NCBI GenBank assembly: GCA_965283725.1
Contig: CBDIPT010000001.1
Span: 799,154 to 863,153 of the forward strand
Origin: Limisphaerales bacterium
GTDB lineage: Bacteria; Verrucomicrobiota; Verrucomicrobiia; Limisphaerales; JAEYXS01
Direction of reading: 5' to 3'
Length of the DNA: 64,000 bases
Positions within the stretch are counted from its first letter, which is position 1. Each line of letters begins with the position of its first letter. The notes below the pieces were generated by a model. That model did not search any database. It worked only from the letters and a program-made list of their open reading frames with translations, and had not been told where the DNA came from. Both the position numbers and the translations under genes were made by a program. Of the stretch, positions 47,492 through 59,180 are shown piece after piece.

Positions 47492-48571
47492 ATGGAACCA
47501 GAGCCCAAAGTACTGATCGTAGATGATGATGAGTTTATCCAGACCTGTCTGGAGGCGGTCTTGTCCACAGAGGGGTTGCAGTTGGTGCAGGCGCACAACG
47601 GCGAAGAGGCTTTGGCGCTCTTTGACGCGCAAGAGTTCGATGTCGTTTTGCTGGACATCATGATGCCGGGCTTGAATGGGCTGGATGTTTGCGCGCTGCT
47701 GCAAAAGCGTAAAAAAGCCGTGCCGGTGCCGGTTATCCTGATGTCGGCAGCGGGCGAGGAAGACGTGGTCGTAAGCGGGTTGAACTTGGGGGCGGTCGAT
47801 TTTGTGCGCAAGCCGTTCCGGGCCTTTGAATTGCGGGCGCGGGTGAAGACGGCATTGCGGTTGCGCAATGCGTTCAAGAAACAGCATGAGGATGCGCTGA
47901 AAAAGCAAAGCCTGATCGGGATGATCGTGCATGATATCCGCGGGCCGTTGACAGTGTTCCAAAGCTATTCCGCGATGGTCACGGAAGGGTATCTCGGCCC
48001 GGATGAGATCTTGAATTTCAGCAAGACGGTGGAGCAGGAGTCCAAGCGCTTGTTCCATATGGTGGATGATTTGCTGATGCTCGCCAAATCCGACCGGAGC
48101 GAGATCGAACTCGTCAAAGAGCCACTAGATCTGGTTGCGACCGTCAACCGCATCACGAAGGCCTATAAGTTCTTTGCGCTGAACGCTAAAGTGAAGCTGG
48201 ATCTGGTTTGCGAGCCGGTTTCGGCCATCGTGCCGGTGGACCGGTTAATCATTGAGCGTTGTCTCGAAAACCTGCTGTTGAATGCCATCAAACATACGCG
48301 GCGCCCAGGTTTGGTGACGGTAGCGCTGGAGCGGGGCGAGGGGGAAGTGACCATCCATATCAGTGACAATGGCTATGGGGTGCCTGCGGAATTTCGCGAC
48401 AAGATTTTCGAGCTATACGAGACGGCGAATGCCCGGGCCAAGGGTATTCCAGGCCACGGTGTGGGGCTCGCCTTCTGCAAAATGGCCGTGGACAAGCATG
48501 GTGGCAGCATCAAAGTCGGGGACCGGGTCGGTGGCGGGGCCGTGTTCACCTTGCGTTTACCTGTGGCGTAA
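47492..48571 (+). CDS. hybrid REC-histidine kinase
   Basis: REC 'VLIVDDD..VVLLDIMMPGLNG..RKPF'. H-box 'VHDIRGPLT'. 'SDNGYGVP', 'GHGVGLAFC'. Confidence 0.85.
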   Translation: MEPEPKVLIVDDDEFIQTCLEAVLSTEGLQLVQAHNGEEALALFDAQEFDVVLLDIMMPGLNGLDVCALLQKRKKAVPVPVILMSAAGEEDVVVSGLNLGAVDFVRKPFRAFELRARVKTALRLRNAFKKQHEDALKKQSLIGMIVHDIRGPLTVFQSYSAMVTEGYLGPDEILNFSKTVEQESKRLFHMVDDLLMLAKSDRSEIELVKEPLDLVATVNRITKAYKFFALNAKVKLDLVCEPVSAIVPVDRLIIERCLENLLLNAIKHTRRPGLVTVALERGEGEVTIHISDNGYGVPAEFRDKIFELYETANARAKGIPGHGVGLAFCKMAVDKHGGSIKVGDRVGGGAVFTLRLPVA

Positions 48572-48606
48572 AGCTTGGTTGCTTTCAAAAGGGAGGATGG
48601 GTGAGG

Positions 48607-48710
48607 ATTTTGGTCTTTATCTAGTTATTCCGTTTGTTGTTTTGTTGTCTTAATTTATTATTTTTTGTTCTAATGCGTGTATTTTAGTTTCATTATTTTT
48701 TCTAATCATC
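48607..48710. other. very T/A-rich block with an imperfect direct repeat, upstream of the cco locus
   Basis: 'attattttttgttctaat' (48657-48674) and 'attattttttctaat' (48692-48706), plus 'ttgttgttttgttgtc'. Strong contrast with the GC-rich flanks. Confidence 0.5.
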
Positions 48711-48797
48711 TAAATACGCACATACCCAGACAAAATCGGGTAAGCCTAGTGAGGAGGATTTGCCGATATATAGGCCAGTCATAAAAGGACTGAGCAA

Positions 48798-51275
48798 ATG
48801 CCCTTAAACCTGACAGATAAAGCAACCGCTGAAAATGAGCGGCAACCGGCGTCTAGTGCGCTGAGCTGCTGCCATTGCGGTACGGCTTGTGGTCAGGCCC
48901 CGCTGATGAAAGCGGACAAGGCGTTCTGCTGCCAGGGCTGCCAATTGGTGTTCGAGTTGTTGACGGAGAACGGGTTAAGCGGTTTCTACGACCTGAGCGA
49001 GAACGCGGGTGTGCGGATCGGCGGACCGGCCAAGGCCGAACAATATCGGTATCTGGATGAGCCGGCAGTACGTGAGCGGTTGGTGAACTTCAGCAACGAG
49101 CAGATCACGCGTATCACCTTCCGTATCCCGGCCATCCATTGCATTGCGTGCGTGTGGTTGCTGGAAAATCTTTATCGCCTCAACCCCGGCATCATTGAAT
49201 CCCGGGTCAATTTCCCGCGCAAAGAGGTCGCGCTGGCCTTTAACCCCGGCAAAGTGAAGCTGAGTGAAGCTGTGACGTTGCTGGCCGCATTGGGTTATGA
49301 GCCGGAGCTGAAACTGGCCGACCTTGAAGCGCGGCCCAAGAGCGTCGTCAGCCGCAAACTGTGGCTGCAAGTGGGCATCGCGGGTTTTGCGTTCGGCAAC
49401 ACGATGCTCTTCAGCCTGGCTTCGTATCTGGGGCTGGACAGTGCAAGTGAGCCGTATTTCCACAAGATTTTTGGCTGGTTCAGTTTAGTGCTCGCACTGC
49501 CCGTGGTGATCTACAGTGCGCAAGATTACTGGCGCGCGGCGTGGGTGAGCTTGCGGCAGAGACTCCTGACCATCGAGGTGCCCATCGCGGCGGGCATTGT
49601 GGCCATCTTCCTGCAAAGCACCTTCGAAGTCATGAGCGGGACGGGGGAAGGCTATTTCGATTCGCTGGCGGGTTTGCTGTTCTTCCTGCTGTCCGGACGG
49701 GTATTCCAGCAAAAGACGTATGACCGGCTCGCGTTCGACCGGGATTACAAATCGTTCTTCCCGTTGTCGGTGGTGAGAAAACAGGGGACGGAAGAACGCA
49801 TCGCCCTTTCCCAGATCCAGTTGGGTGATCACCTTGTCTTGCGCAACGGCGAGTTGATCCCGGCGGATGCCCGGTTGGTCGCGGGACCGGCGGTGATCGA
49901 TTACAGCTTTGTGACCGGTGAATCTGAGCCCGTTGAGAAACAGGTAGGGGACTATCTTTATGCGGGCGGGCGCCAGATCGGCGGTGCCATCGAAGTGGAG
50001 ACGGTAAAGGCAGTTTCGCAAAGTTACCTGACTTCCCTGTGGAACCAGGAAGCGTTCCGCAAGGAAGATCGTGACAGCCTCGACAATCTGACGAACGAGT
50101 ACAGCCAGCGGTTCACGAAGCTGGTGCTGGCGATCGCTCTGGGGGCAGCGGCGTATTGGGCGGTCTTCAATCCGGCCTTGGCGCTGAAATCATTTACGGC
50201 GGTGCTCATCGTGGCCTGTCCTTGTGCGCTGGCACTGGCAGCGCCCTTCACCTTGGGGACGGCGCATCGCTGGCTGGCGAAGTGGAATGCGTTCCTGAAA
50301 AGTGCGAGCATCATCGAACGGCTGGCCCGGGTGGATACCATCGTTTTCGACAAGACGGGTACGTTGACGGCCGCGAACGCGGGTTTGGTGAAATTTCAAG
50401 GCACCCCGCTGACGGAAGCAGAAGAACGGGCGCTGTTCTCCATGACACGGCACAGCACGCATCCGCTGGCGGTGCGGTTGGGGCATGCCATCGCGGGCAA
50501 TCATTTTCCGGACACGGTGCGGTCCTTCCTTGAGACGGCGGGTTGCGGCATGGAAGGGCAGGTCAACCGGCAGGAGATCTGGATGGGCTCGGCGGCGTGG
50601 TTGCAAACGCGCGGACTGAAGCCGACGTCGGCGACGGTAGAAAGCGGCAGTGTCATCCACGTGGCTCTCAATGGCCAGTATCGCGGGTGCTATGTGCTGC
50701 AGAATGCGCTGCGCCCGGAGACGGACCGGCTCATAAAGAATCTCTCCGATCAATACGAACTCGCCCTGTTGAGCGGCGATAATGAACGGGAACGGGCGCG
50801 GTTCACCGAAATCTTTGGGGTGAAAGGCCATTTGCAATTCAACCAGAGCCCGCTGAACAAACTGGGTTTCATCCGCGAGCTGCAACAGCGCGGCAAGACG
50901 GTGATGATGGTAGGCGATGGATTGAATGACGCCGGGGCGTTGAAACAGAGCGATGTGGGCGTGGCGGTGGTGGAGGATATGAGCGCCTTCTCGCCAGCGA
51001 GCGACATGATCCTTTCGGCGCGGTTGGTGCCGCGCATCGACGCCATCCTGCGGTTTGCGAAGAGCGCAGTACGCGTCATCAAGACGAGCTTTATGGTGTC
51101 TGCCGCCTACAACGTCATCGGCCTGGTTCTGGCGGTGCAAGGGCTGCTCTCGCCGGTGGTGTGCGCGATTTTAATGCCGGTGAGTTCCATCACCGTGGTG
51201 GGCTTTGCCTGCCTGGCGACTGGCTGGCTGGCCAAGCGCGAGGGCATCGGTGCCGAACAGGAGGCCACCGTATGA
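48798..51275 (+). CDS. ccoI: heavy-metal (Cu) translocating P-type ATPase, cbb3 maturation type
   Basis: N-terminal Cys cluster 'CCHCGTAC..CCQGCQLVFELL' (FixI/CcoI type). 'CPC' in the TM helix, 'DKTGTLT', 'GDGLNDAGAL'. Stop overlaps the ccoS start. Confidence 0.85.
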   Translation: MPLNLTDKATAENERQPASSALSCCHCGTACGQAPLMKADKAFCCQGCQLVFELLTENGLSGFYDLSENAGVRIGGPAKAEQYRYLDEPAVRERLVNFSNEQITRITFRIPAIHCIACVWLLENLYRLNPGIIESRVNFPRKEVALAFNPGKVKLSEAVTLLAALGYEPELKLADLEARPKSVVSRKLWLQVGIAGFAFGNTMLFSLASYLGLDSASEPYFHKIFGWFSLVLALPVVIYSAQDYWRAAWVSLRQRLLTIEVPIAAGIVAIFLQSTFEVMSGTGEGYFDSLAGLLFFLLSGRVFQQKTYDRLAFDRDYKSFFPLSVVRKQGTEERIALSQIQLGDHLVLRNGELIPADARLVAGPAVIDYSFVTGESEPVEKQVGDYLYAGGRQIGGAIEVETVKAVSQSYLTSLWNQEAFRKEDRDSLDNLTNEYSQRFTKLVLAIALGAAAYWAVFNPALALKSFTAVLIVACPCALALAAPFTLGTAHRWLAKWNAFLKSASIIERLARVDTIVFDKTGTLTAANAGLVKFQGTPLTEAEERALFSMTRHSTHPLAVRLGHAIAGNHFPDTVRSFLETAGCGMEGQVNRQEIWMGSAAWLQTRGLKPTSATVESGSVIHVALNGQYRGCYVLQNALRPETDRLIKNLSDQYELALLSGDNERERARFTEIFGVKGHLQFNQSPLNKLGFIRELQQRGKTVMMVGDGLNDAGALKQSDVGVAVVEDMSAFSPASDMILSARLVPRIDAILRFAKSAVRVIKTSFMVSAAYNVIGLVLAVQGLLSPVVCAILMPVSSITVVGFACLATGWLAKREGIGAEQEATV

Positions 51276-51462
51276 GCGTCATCTTCCTGTTGATCCCTTT
51301 AAGCATCCTGGCCGCCTCGGGCTTTTTGTTCGCCTTCATCTGGGCAGTGCGGAGCGGCCAGTATGAGGACACAGCCACGCCGTCCATGCGCGTGCTGCTG
51401 GATGAACCCGCCAAGGCGGCCCAGAAAAACAATTTACCTCCCAACCCTGAAAAGACTGAACC

Positions 51463-51466
<4 letters not shown>
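51272..51466 (+). CDS. ccoS: cbb3 oxidase maturation protein CcoS
   Basis: 64 aa, 'MSVIFLLIPLSILAASGFLFAFIWAVRSGQYED'. ATGA overlaps with both neighbours. The longer ORF from 51161 is not needed. Confidence 0.8.
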
Positions 51467-53616
<2,150 letters not shown>

Positions 53617-53626
53617 CGAGGCCTAT

Positions 53627-53815
53627 ATGATAAAGAATGTACTAACTCACGTCGGTGGAGTGGAAAACTTCGGTATCATCTCCATCTGCCTGTTCTTCGC
53701 GGTCTTCACGGGCGCGATGATCTGGGCGGCAACCCTCAAGAAATCCTTATTGATAACGATGAGCCAGATTCCTTTGGAAGATGGCACCAAGAAGACGGAG
53801 GCCAGCCATGAATAA
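53627..53815 (+). CDS. CcoQ/FixQ-like small membrane subunit
   Basis: 62 aa with a single TM 'FGIISICLFFAVFTGAMIWAA', positioned between ccoNO and ccoP. Confidence 0.6.
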   Translation: MIKNVLTHVGGVENFGIISICLFFAVFTGAMIWAATLKKSLLITMSQIPLEDGTKKTEASHE

Positions 53816-54395
53816 TGATCCAAAACAGCCTTTGCTGCTCGAACATGAGGCAGACGGCATCAAGGAACTAGACAACCTCCTGCCGCGCTGGTGGGTGTGG
53901 CTGTTCTACATCTGCGTGGGCTTCGCTGTCTTCTACATGGTTTATTATCATGTGCTGAAGCTGGGCGATCTCCAGGCGGCGGCGTATGCGAAGGAGCAAA
54001 AGGCAGGCGAAGAGATCAAATCCGCCTCACTGGCGAAGTTTGAGTCGAACCTGTCCGCTTTGACGCCTTCCAAAGACGCCGTCAAACTGGCCCAAGGCCA
54101 GCAGGTCTTCGGCATCTACTGCGCACCTTGCCATCGGCCGGACGGCGGTGGTCTTGTGGGACCAAACCTGACGGATGACTTCTGGATCCACGGCTCGAAT
54201 TACGTGGACAACGTGAAGATCATCATCAATGGCGTTCCGGAGAAGGGTATGTTAACCTGGCGTGGAGTTTTAAAACCGAACGAGATCGAATCGGTGGCCA
54301 GTTATATCTATACCATGCGCGGGACCAAACCGCCGAATCCGAAGCCGCCGGAGAACCAGCCCGCTGGTCCAGAGAAACCGAGCGCGTTCGAATAA
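53808..54395 (+). CDS. ccoP: cbb3 oxidase subunit III (CcoP), mono-heme form
   Basis: 'HEADGIKELDNLLPRWWVWLFY' is the CcoP N-terminal domain. There is a single 'CAPCH' site. The ATG at 53808 overlaps the upstream stop; the ORF is open from 53781. Confidence 0.8.
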   Translation: MNNDPKQPLLLEHEADGIKELDNLLPRWWVWLFYICVGFAVFYMVYYHVLKLGDLQAAAYAKEQKAGEEIKSASLAKFESNLSALTPSKDAVKLAQGQQVFGIYCAPCHRPDGGGLVGPNLTDDFWIHGSNYVDNVKIIINGVPEKGMLTWRGVLKPNEIESVASYIYTMRGTKPPNPKPPENQPAGPEKPSAFE

Positions 54396-54536
54396 CCAAA
54401 AATTCCTGATGCACAGCTCCAAGCCCCAAAGAAGCACCGGACCAGTGAACGCCAGTCTGCCTGTGAGTGGTCATGGGGCGGTGTTCTTAGGCGGCTTGGA
54501 GCTGGCAGTTTGGGATGTCCCAGAAGGGCACGTAGT

Positions 54537-56021
54537 ATGAGTGCACCAGTAAAAGAGCCGGAAAAACACGATCCACTCGCGGCGCAGCAGACGGTGAATA
54601 TGGCGGACTTTCGCGACCATATCGCGACCGCCGATCTGAAGGGGTACCGCAAGTGGGTCTTCCCGAAGAAGGTCAATGGCAAGTGGTATCGCTGGCGCAC
54701 CTGGATGAGCTGGGTGCTGTTGACCATCATGTTCGTGGGGCCGTTTGTGCGGATCAACGGCAACCCGCTCCTGATGATCAACATCGTGCAACGGAAGTTT
54801 TCCATCTTGGGACAGATTTTCTGGCCGCAGGATACGATCATCTTTGCGGTGGCCATGCTGGTCTTCTTTGCCAGCATCATGATCTTCACCACGGCCTTTG
54901 GCCGCCTGTGGTGCGGGTGGACCTGTCCACAGACGGTGATGATGGAAATGGTGTTCCGGAAGATCGAATACTGGATCGAAGGGGATGCCCACGAGCAGAA
55001 GGAACTGGCGGCCTCGCCGTGGAATGCGCGCAAAATCTGGAAGCGGGTGAGCAAGCTGGGCATCTTTTTTGCCTTGTCCTTCGTGGTGGGGAATACACTG
55101 CTGAGCTACATCATCGGCAGTGATGAACTTTTTCACATCATCGCGGATGATCCGCGGAATCACGTCACGGGATTGACGTTCATGATCCTGTTCACGCTGT
55201 TATTCTTCGCCATCTTTGCTCGGTTCCGGGAGCAAGCATGCACATTCATCTGTCCTTATGGCCGTTTCCAATCGGCGTTGCTGGATGAGAACACGATGGT
55301 GGTGGCTTACGATTACAAGCGGGGTGAAGGTCGGGCGCCGTTGAAACGGGAGCAAAAGCCGGAGGAACGCAAGGCGGAAGGCAAGGGCGATTGTGTGAAC
55401 TGCCACCAATGCGTCGCCGTCTGCCCGACGGGTATTGATATCCGTAACGGGGTGCAGATGGAATGTGTGAATTGCACCGCATGTATCGATGCTTGTGACA
55501 GCGTGATGGAGAAAGTGGGCCTGCCGACGGGGCTGATCCGGTATGCGTCCTTGAACGGCATTGAAAAAGGGCAGGCGTTGAAATTCACGGCCCGCATGAA
55601 GTTGTATTCGGTCATTTTGACGGGCTTGGTGGTGCTGTTCCTGGTGCTGGTGTTCACACGGTCCGATGTGGAGACGGCTTTGCTGCGCGCTCCGGGAACG
55701 CTGTTCCAGGAAACGGCGGAGGGGAAGATCAGCAACATCTATACATTGCGCGTGGTGAACAAGACGGCGCATGATATCACGGTGGATCTGCGGCTGCTGA
55801 AGGGAAAGGGGAAGATCAAGGTGCTGGGGGCGAGCGTATTCACAGCGCTCAAGGAAAGCTCGGCGCAAACCTCGGTGCTGATCGAGATCGAAAAAGAGCA
55901 TTTGAAAAACGGAACAACGCCGCTGGAGATCGGGGTGTATTCCAAGGGCAAACTCTTGGAGACAGTGGAAACGGCGTTCGTAGGTCCGCGGAAAGAACAT
56001 CATGAACACGACAAAGACTGA
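54537..56021 (+). CDS. ccoG: cbb3 oxidase accessory 4Fe-4S protein CcoG
   Basis: Polytopic N-terminal part with 'CGWTCPQT'. Ferredoxin motifs 'CVNCHQCVAVCP' and 'CVNCTACIDAC'. ATG at 54537 (ORF open from the TTG at 54510). Confidence 0.85.
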   Translation: MSAPVKEPEKHDPLAAQQTVNMADFRDHIATADLKGYRKWVFPKKVNGKWYRWRTWMSWVLLTIMFVGPFVRINGNPLLMINIVQRKFSILGQIFWPQDTIIFAVAMLVFFASIMIFTTAFGRLWCGWTCPQTVMMEMVFRKIEYWIEGDAHEQKELAASPWNARKIWKRVSKLGIFFALSFVVGNTLLSYIIGSDELFHIIADDPRNHVTGLTFMILFTLLFFAIFARFREQACTFICPYGRFQSALLDENTMVVAYDYKRGEGRAPLKREQKPEERKAEGKGDCVNCHQCVAVCPTGIDIRNGVQMECVNCTACIDACDSVMEKVGLPTGLIRYASLNGIEKGQALKFTARMKLYSVILTGLVVLFLVLVFTRSDVETALLRAPGTLFQETAEGKISNIYTLRVVNKTAHDITVDLRLLKGKGKIKVLGASVFTALKESSAQTSVLIEIEKEHLKNGTTPLEIGVYSKGKLLETVETAFVGPRKEHHEHDKD

Positions 56022-56066
56022 ACACAAATCCAGGAATCCTGGCCCTATGTCATCATCGGGTGGTTT

Positions 56067-56486
56067 GTGATCTTTATCACGGCGATGGTTTCGTGGGCGG
56101 TGGTCGCCACGCACAACAACATGGATCTGGTGCGCAAGGATTATTATGAAGAGGAGCTGCGCTTTCAGAAGCAGATCGAGCGGGTGAACCGCACGGCACA
56201 ATTGCGGAAAGATATCACGGTGACGAGCGATGCGGCGGCGCAGAGCTTGATGTTGCGGTTGCCGGCGGAGCACAACGGGGCCAAACCAACTGGCGAGATC
56301 CATCTCTACCGGCCTTCGGATGCCAGCCTGGACCGGACCATCACCTTGCAAGTCAATGAGAGCGGCCTGCAAAGGATCGATACTTCCAAGCTCCGCAACG
56401 GGTTGTGGAAGCTGCGGGCCACGTGGAAGGTGAACAACGAGGAATATTATTTCGATCAATCGGTGGTCATCGGCGGCAAGTCATAA
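56067..56486 (+). CDS. FixH-family protein (5' end probably lost to a 1-nt deletion; likely start 56002)
   Basis: The called GTG start lies inside a TM helix ('SWPYVIIGWFVIFITAMVSWAVV' is readable upstream in the same frame, directly after the ccoG stop). 'DYYEEELRFQ' and the beta-rich remainder fit FixH. Position after ccoG also fits. Confidence 0.65.
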   Translation: MIFITAMVSWAVVATHNNMDLVRKDYYEEELRFQKQIERVNRTAQLRKDITVTSDAAAQSLMLRLPAEHNGAKPTGEIHLYRPSDASLDRTITLQVNESGLQRIDTSKLRNGLWKLRATWKVNNEEYYFDQSVVIGGKS

Positions 56487-56496
56487 CCGGTAAAGT

Positions 56497-57180
56497 ATGG
56501 AACTCTGGACGGCATTGATGCTCGGATTGGTCGGCAGCCTGCATTGCGCGGGCATGTGCGGACCGCTGGCATTGGCTTTGCCGATGGCGGGAAATACGCG
56601 GAGTGCTTTCGTGACGGGCAGATTGCTCTATAACGTCGGCAGGGTACTGACGTATTGCCTGCTGGGGGTGCTGTTCGGTCTGGTGGGGCAAAGTTTGGCA
56701 CTGGCCGGTTTTCAGAAATGGGTATCGCTGGCGGCCGGGACGTTCATCTTGCTGGGGTTGGTGGCTACTTCAAAAATCGGTCTGGGCCTGCCCATCACCA
56801 AGAGCGTGGTATGGCTGAAGGCGAGCGTGGGGCGGTTGTTGCAGCAAAGGACGTTCGGTTCGCTCTTCCTGCTGGGCATGTTGAACGGGTTATTGCCGTG
56901 CGGTCTGGTCTATGTGGCGTGCGCGGCGGCGGCGGCGACGGGCAGCTTGCAGACCGGGGTGTTATCAATGGCCGCATTTGGTCTGGGGACTTTGCCAGTG
57001 ATGTTGGGGTTGGGGCTGGCAGGGCGGAAATTGCAAGGGGTGTTCCAGATCCGCTGGCAAAACTTGGTGCCGATCAGCCTGGCGGTGGTCGGTGTTTTGC
57101 TGGTCTTGCGCGGCATGGAACTGGGCATTCCCTACATCAGCCCGGTGCTTTCTGGGGGCGGATGCCCGCACTGTCACTGA
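56497..57180 (+). CDS. TauE/SafE-like (DsbD_2-type) membrane protein with Cys motifs
   Basis: 227 aa, 6 TM helices. 'GSLHCAGMCGPLALAL' and C-terminal 'GGGCPHCH'. Commonly found next to cco maturation genes. Confidence 0.65.
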   Translation: MELWTALMLGLVGSLHCAGMCGPLALALPMAGNTRSAFVTGRLLYNVGRVLTYCLLGVLFGLVGQSLALAGFQKWVSLAAGTFILLGLVATSKIGLGLPITKSVVWLKASVGRLLQQRTFGSLFLLGMLNGLLPCGLVYVACAAAAATGSLQTGVLSMAAFGLGTLPVMLGLGLAGRKLQGVFQIRWQNLVPISLAVVGVLLVLRGMELGIPYISPVLSGGGCPHCH

Positions 57181-57316
57181 GCGGTATCCAGTGGATTATC
57201 AAGAGGTTATCTTGATCGTTTGACGGTCTTCTAGGGGATATCCCCCGAATTCCATGATTGCTTTTGGCCCGTAAGTGGCTTTTTTTGGCAGCGCGCAACA
57301 CATCCAGAGATAACGC

Positions 57317-57589
57317 ATGCAAAGCAACGCCGAACTAAAGCAACGAATCAAACAGCTCATGGTGGAGAACCTGATGCTCCAAGTCACAGTCGAGGAAATC
57401 GGGGATGATCAGCCGCTGTTCGGGCCGAACAGTGTGGGGTTGGATTCGGTGGACGCGTTGCAACTGGTGGTGGCCCTCGACAAGAATTTCGGGCTGAAAA
57501 TCGCCGACCAAGCGGCGGCCAAGCAGATATTGACGAGCGTCAGTGCGATGGCCGAAGCGGTCGAAAAACATCTCGCCGCCAAAGGTTGA
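57317..57589 (+). CDS. acyl carrier protein (phosphopantetheine-binding)
   Basis: 90 aa. 'GLDSVDALQLVVALD' contains the DSxxxL attachment motif at the usual position. Confidence 0.8.
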   Translation: MQSNAELKQRIKQLMVENLMLQVTVEEIGDDQPLFGPNSVGLDSVDALQLVVALDKNFGLKIADQAAAKQILTSVSAMAEAVEKHLAAKG

Positions 57590-57614
57590 ATCGGTTTAAG
57601 TCTTTCGCCAGCCC

Positions 57615-58700
57615 ATGAACGCCAATTCTGAATCCATGCCGCGTCGCGATTTTATCAAACAAGCTGCCTTGGCCGGTGCCGCCGTGGCGCTGGCTGCGCC
57701 AGCGCTCACTAAAGCGGCAGATGAAGCGAAGCCCAAACTGAAACTGGGCTTTGATAATTTCTCCGTGCGCGATGCCAAGTGGAAAGCCGGGAAACTGCTG
57801 GAGCACGCGGCTGCGTTGAAGGTAGATTCGATCTTGTTCTCCGACTTGGACGTCTATGAGAACCACTCGGACGCCTACCTCAAGGATTTGAAGAAGAAGG
57901 CGGATGATTTGGGTATAGAAATTTTGGCGGGCACGGGCTGCATCTGTCCGTCCTCGACGTCCTATGATTCGGTCAAGAAATGGGGGACATCAGAGGAACA
58001 CCTCAAGCTCACGATCAAGATCGCGAAGACGTTGGGTTCCAACGTGGCGCGGTGCTATCAGGGCACGGGCAAGGATCGTTCCACGCCCGGCGGCATTGTG
58101 GCGCGGAACAAGGATACGGTGAAGGTCTGCAAAGCGGTGAAGAGCTACGCGCTGGACAACGGCGTGAAGATCGCCATCGAAAATCACGCGGGCGATATGC
58201 AGGCGTGGGAATTGCAGCGGCTGATCGAAGAAGCGGGCAAAGAGTACGTGGGGGCGACGATTGATTCGGGCAACGCCACGTGGACGCTGGAAGATCCGCT
58301 GGTGAATCTGGAGATTTTGGCGCCCTACGCGGCGTGCGCGGGCATCCGGGATTCCATCGTGTGGGAAACGCCGAATGGCGCGGCGGTGAAGTGGGCGGCC
58401 ATGGGCGAGGGCGTGGCGGATATGAAGGGCTACGTGAAGCGCTGGGCTGAGCTGTGCCCGCACGTGCCGCTGACGCTGGAGATCATCTCGGAATTTGTGA
58501 AGCCGCAGGATTATCTTAAGGCGGATTTCTGGAAGATTTACCCGGAAGTGCGGCCTTATGAATTCGCCAAGTTCTCGGCGCTGGCGCGCAAAGGCAAGCC
58601 GGCCGAAGGCGTCAAGCCGACGGCGGAGTTCCAATTGGCGGAGCTGGAACGCAGTGTGAAGTACTGCCGTGAGGTGTTGGGTGTGGGGCGGAAGGCGTAA
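57615..58700 (+). CDS. Tat-exported xylose-isomerase-like TIM-barrel protein (sugar phosphate isomerase/epimerase family)
   Basis: Tat signal '[23 protein letters not shown]'. '[10 protein letters not shown]' and 'IDSGNA' are typical AP-endonuclease-2/TIM family blocks. Confidence 0.7.
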   Translation: MNANSESMPRRDFIKQAALAGAAVALAAPALTKAADEAKPKLKLGFDNFSVRDAKWKAGKLLEHAAALKVDSILFSDLDVYENHSDAYLKDLKKKADDLGIEILAGTGCICPSSTSYDSVKKWGTSEEHLKLTIKIAKTLGSNVARCYQGTGKDRSTPGGIVARNKDTVKVCKAVKSYALDNGVKIAIENHAGDMQAWELQRLIEEAGKEYVGATIDSGNATWTLEDPLVNLEILAPYAACAGIRDSIVWETPNGAAVKWAAMGEGVADMKGYVKRWAELCPHVPLTLEIISEFVKPQDYLKADFWKIYPEVRPYEFAKFSALARKGKPAEGVKPTAEFQLAELERSVKYCREVLGVGRKA

Positions 58701-58720
58701 GGCTTTTGAGCTGGTTCGCT

Positions 58721-59140
58721 ATGGCGCAGCAGGTTTTCACGCATACTCATCGGGTCACCTACGCGGAATGCACCGTGGGCAATCACGTGTATTATGCGCG
58801 GTATCTGGATTTCTTGGAGGAAGCGCGGGGCGAGTTCTTTCGTTCGCTGGAAATACCCTTGTCAGAACTGGATGTGCAGGGGGTAAAGTTCCCGGTGATC
58901 GAGGTGCAGGTGCGTTATCGGGGCATGGCGCGGTATGATGATGTGGTGCGGATCGAGGTGTGGTTGAGCGAGCTGCGCGGGGTGAAGATGGCGTTTGCAT
59001 ACCGGGTGGTGACGGCGGAGGACAAGGTTTTGTTGGAGGGAACTACCATCCACGGCTGCTTGAACGCAGAAGAGAAACCGATACGGATACCGGCGGAGGT
59101 GGTGGCGAAGCTGGAGGCGTTTGTGGTGAAGAATGGTTAA
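58721..59140 (+). CDS. 4HBT/YbgC-type acyl-CoA thioesterase
   Basis: 'RVTYAECTVGNHVYYARYLDFLEEARGEFF' is the hot-dog fold N-terminal pattern. ATG at 58721 (ORF open from the TTG at 58706). Confidence 0.75.
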   Translation: MAQQVFTHTHRVTYAECTVGNHVYYARYLDFLEEARGEFFRSLEIPLSELDVQGVKFPVIEVQVRYRGMARYDDVVRIEVWLSELRGVKMAFAYRVVTAEDKVLLEGTTIHGCLNAEEKPIRIPAEVVAKLEAFVVKNG

Positions 59141-59180
59141 CCACTAAATACGCGAAATACACGAAACGGAAGTAGAGGAA

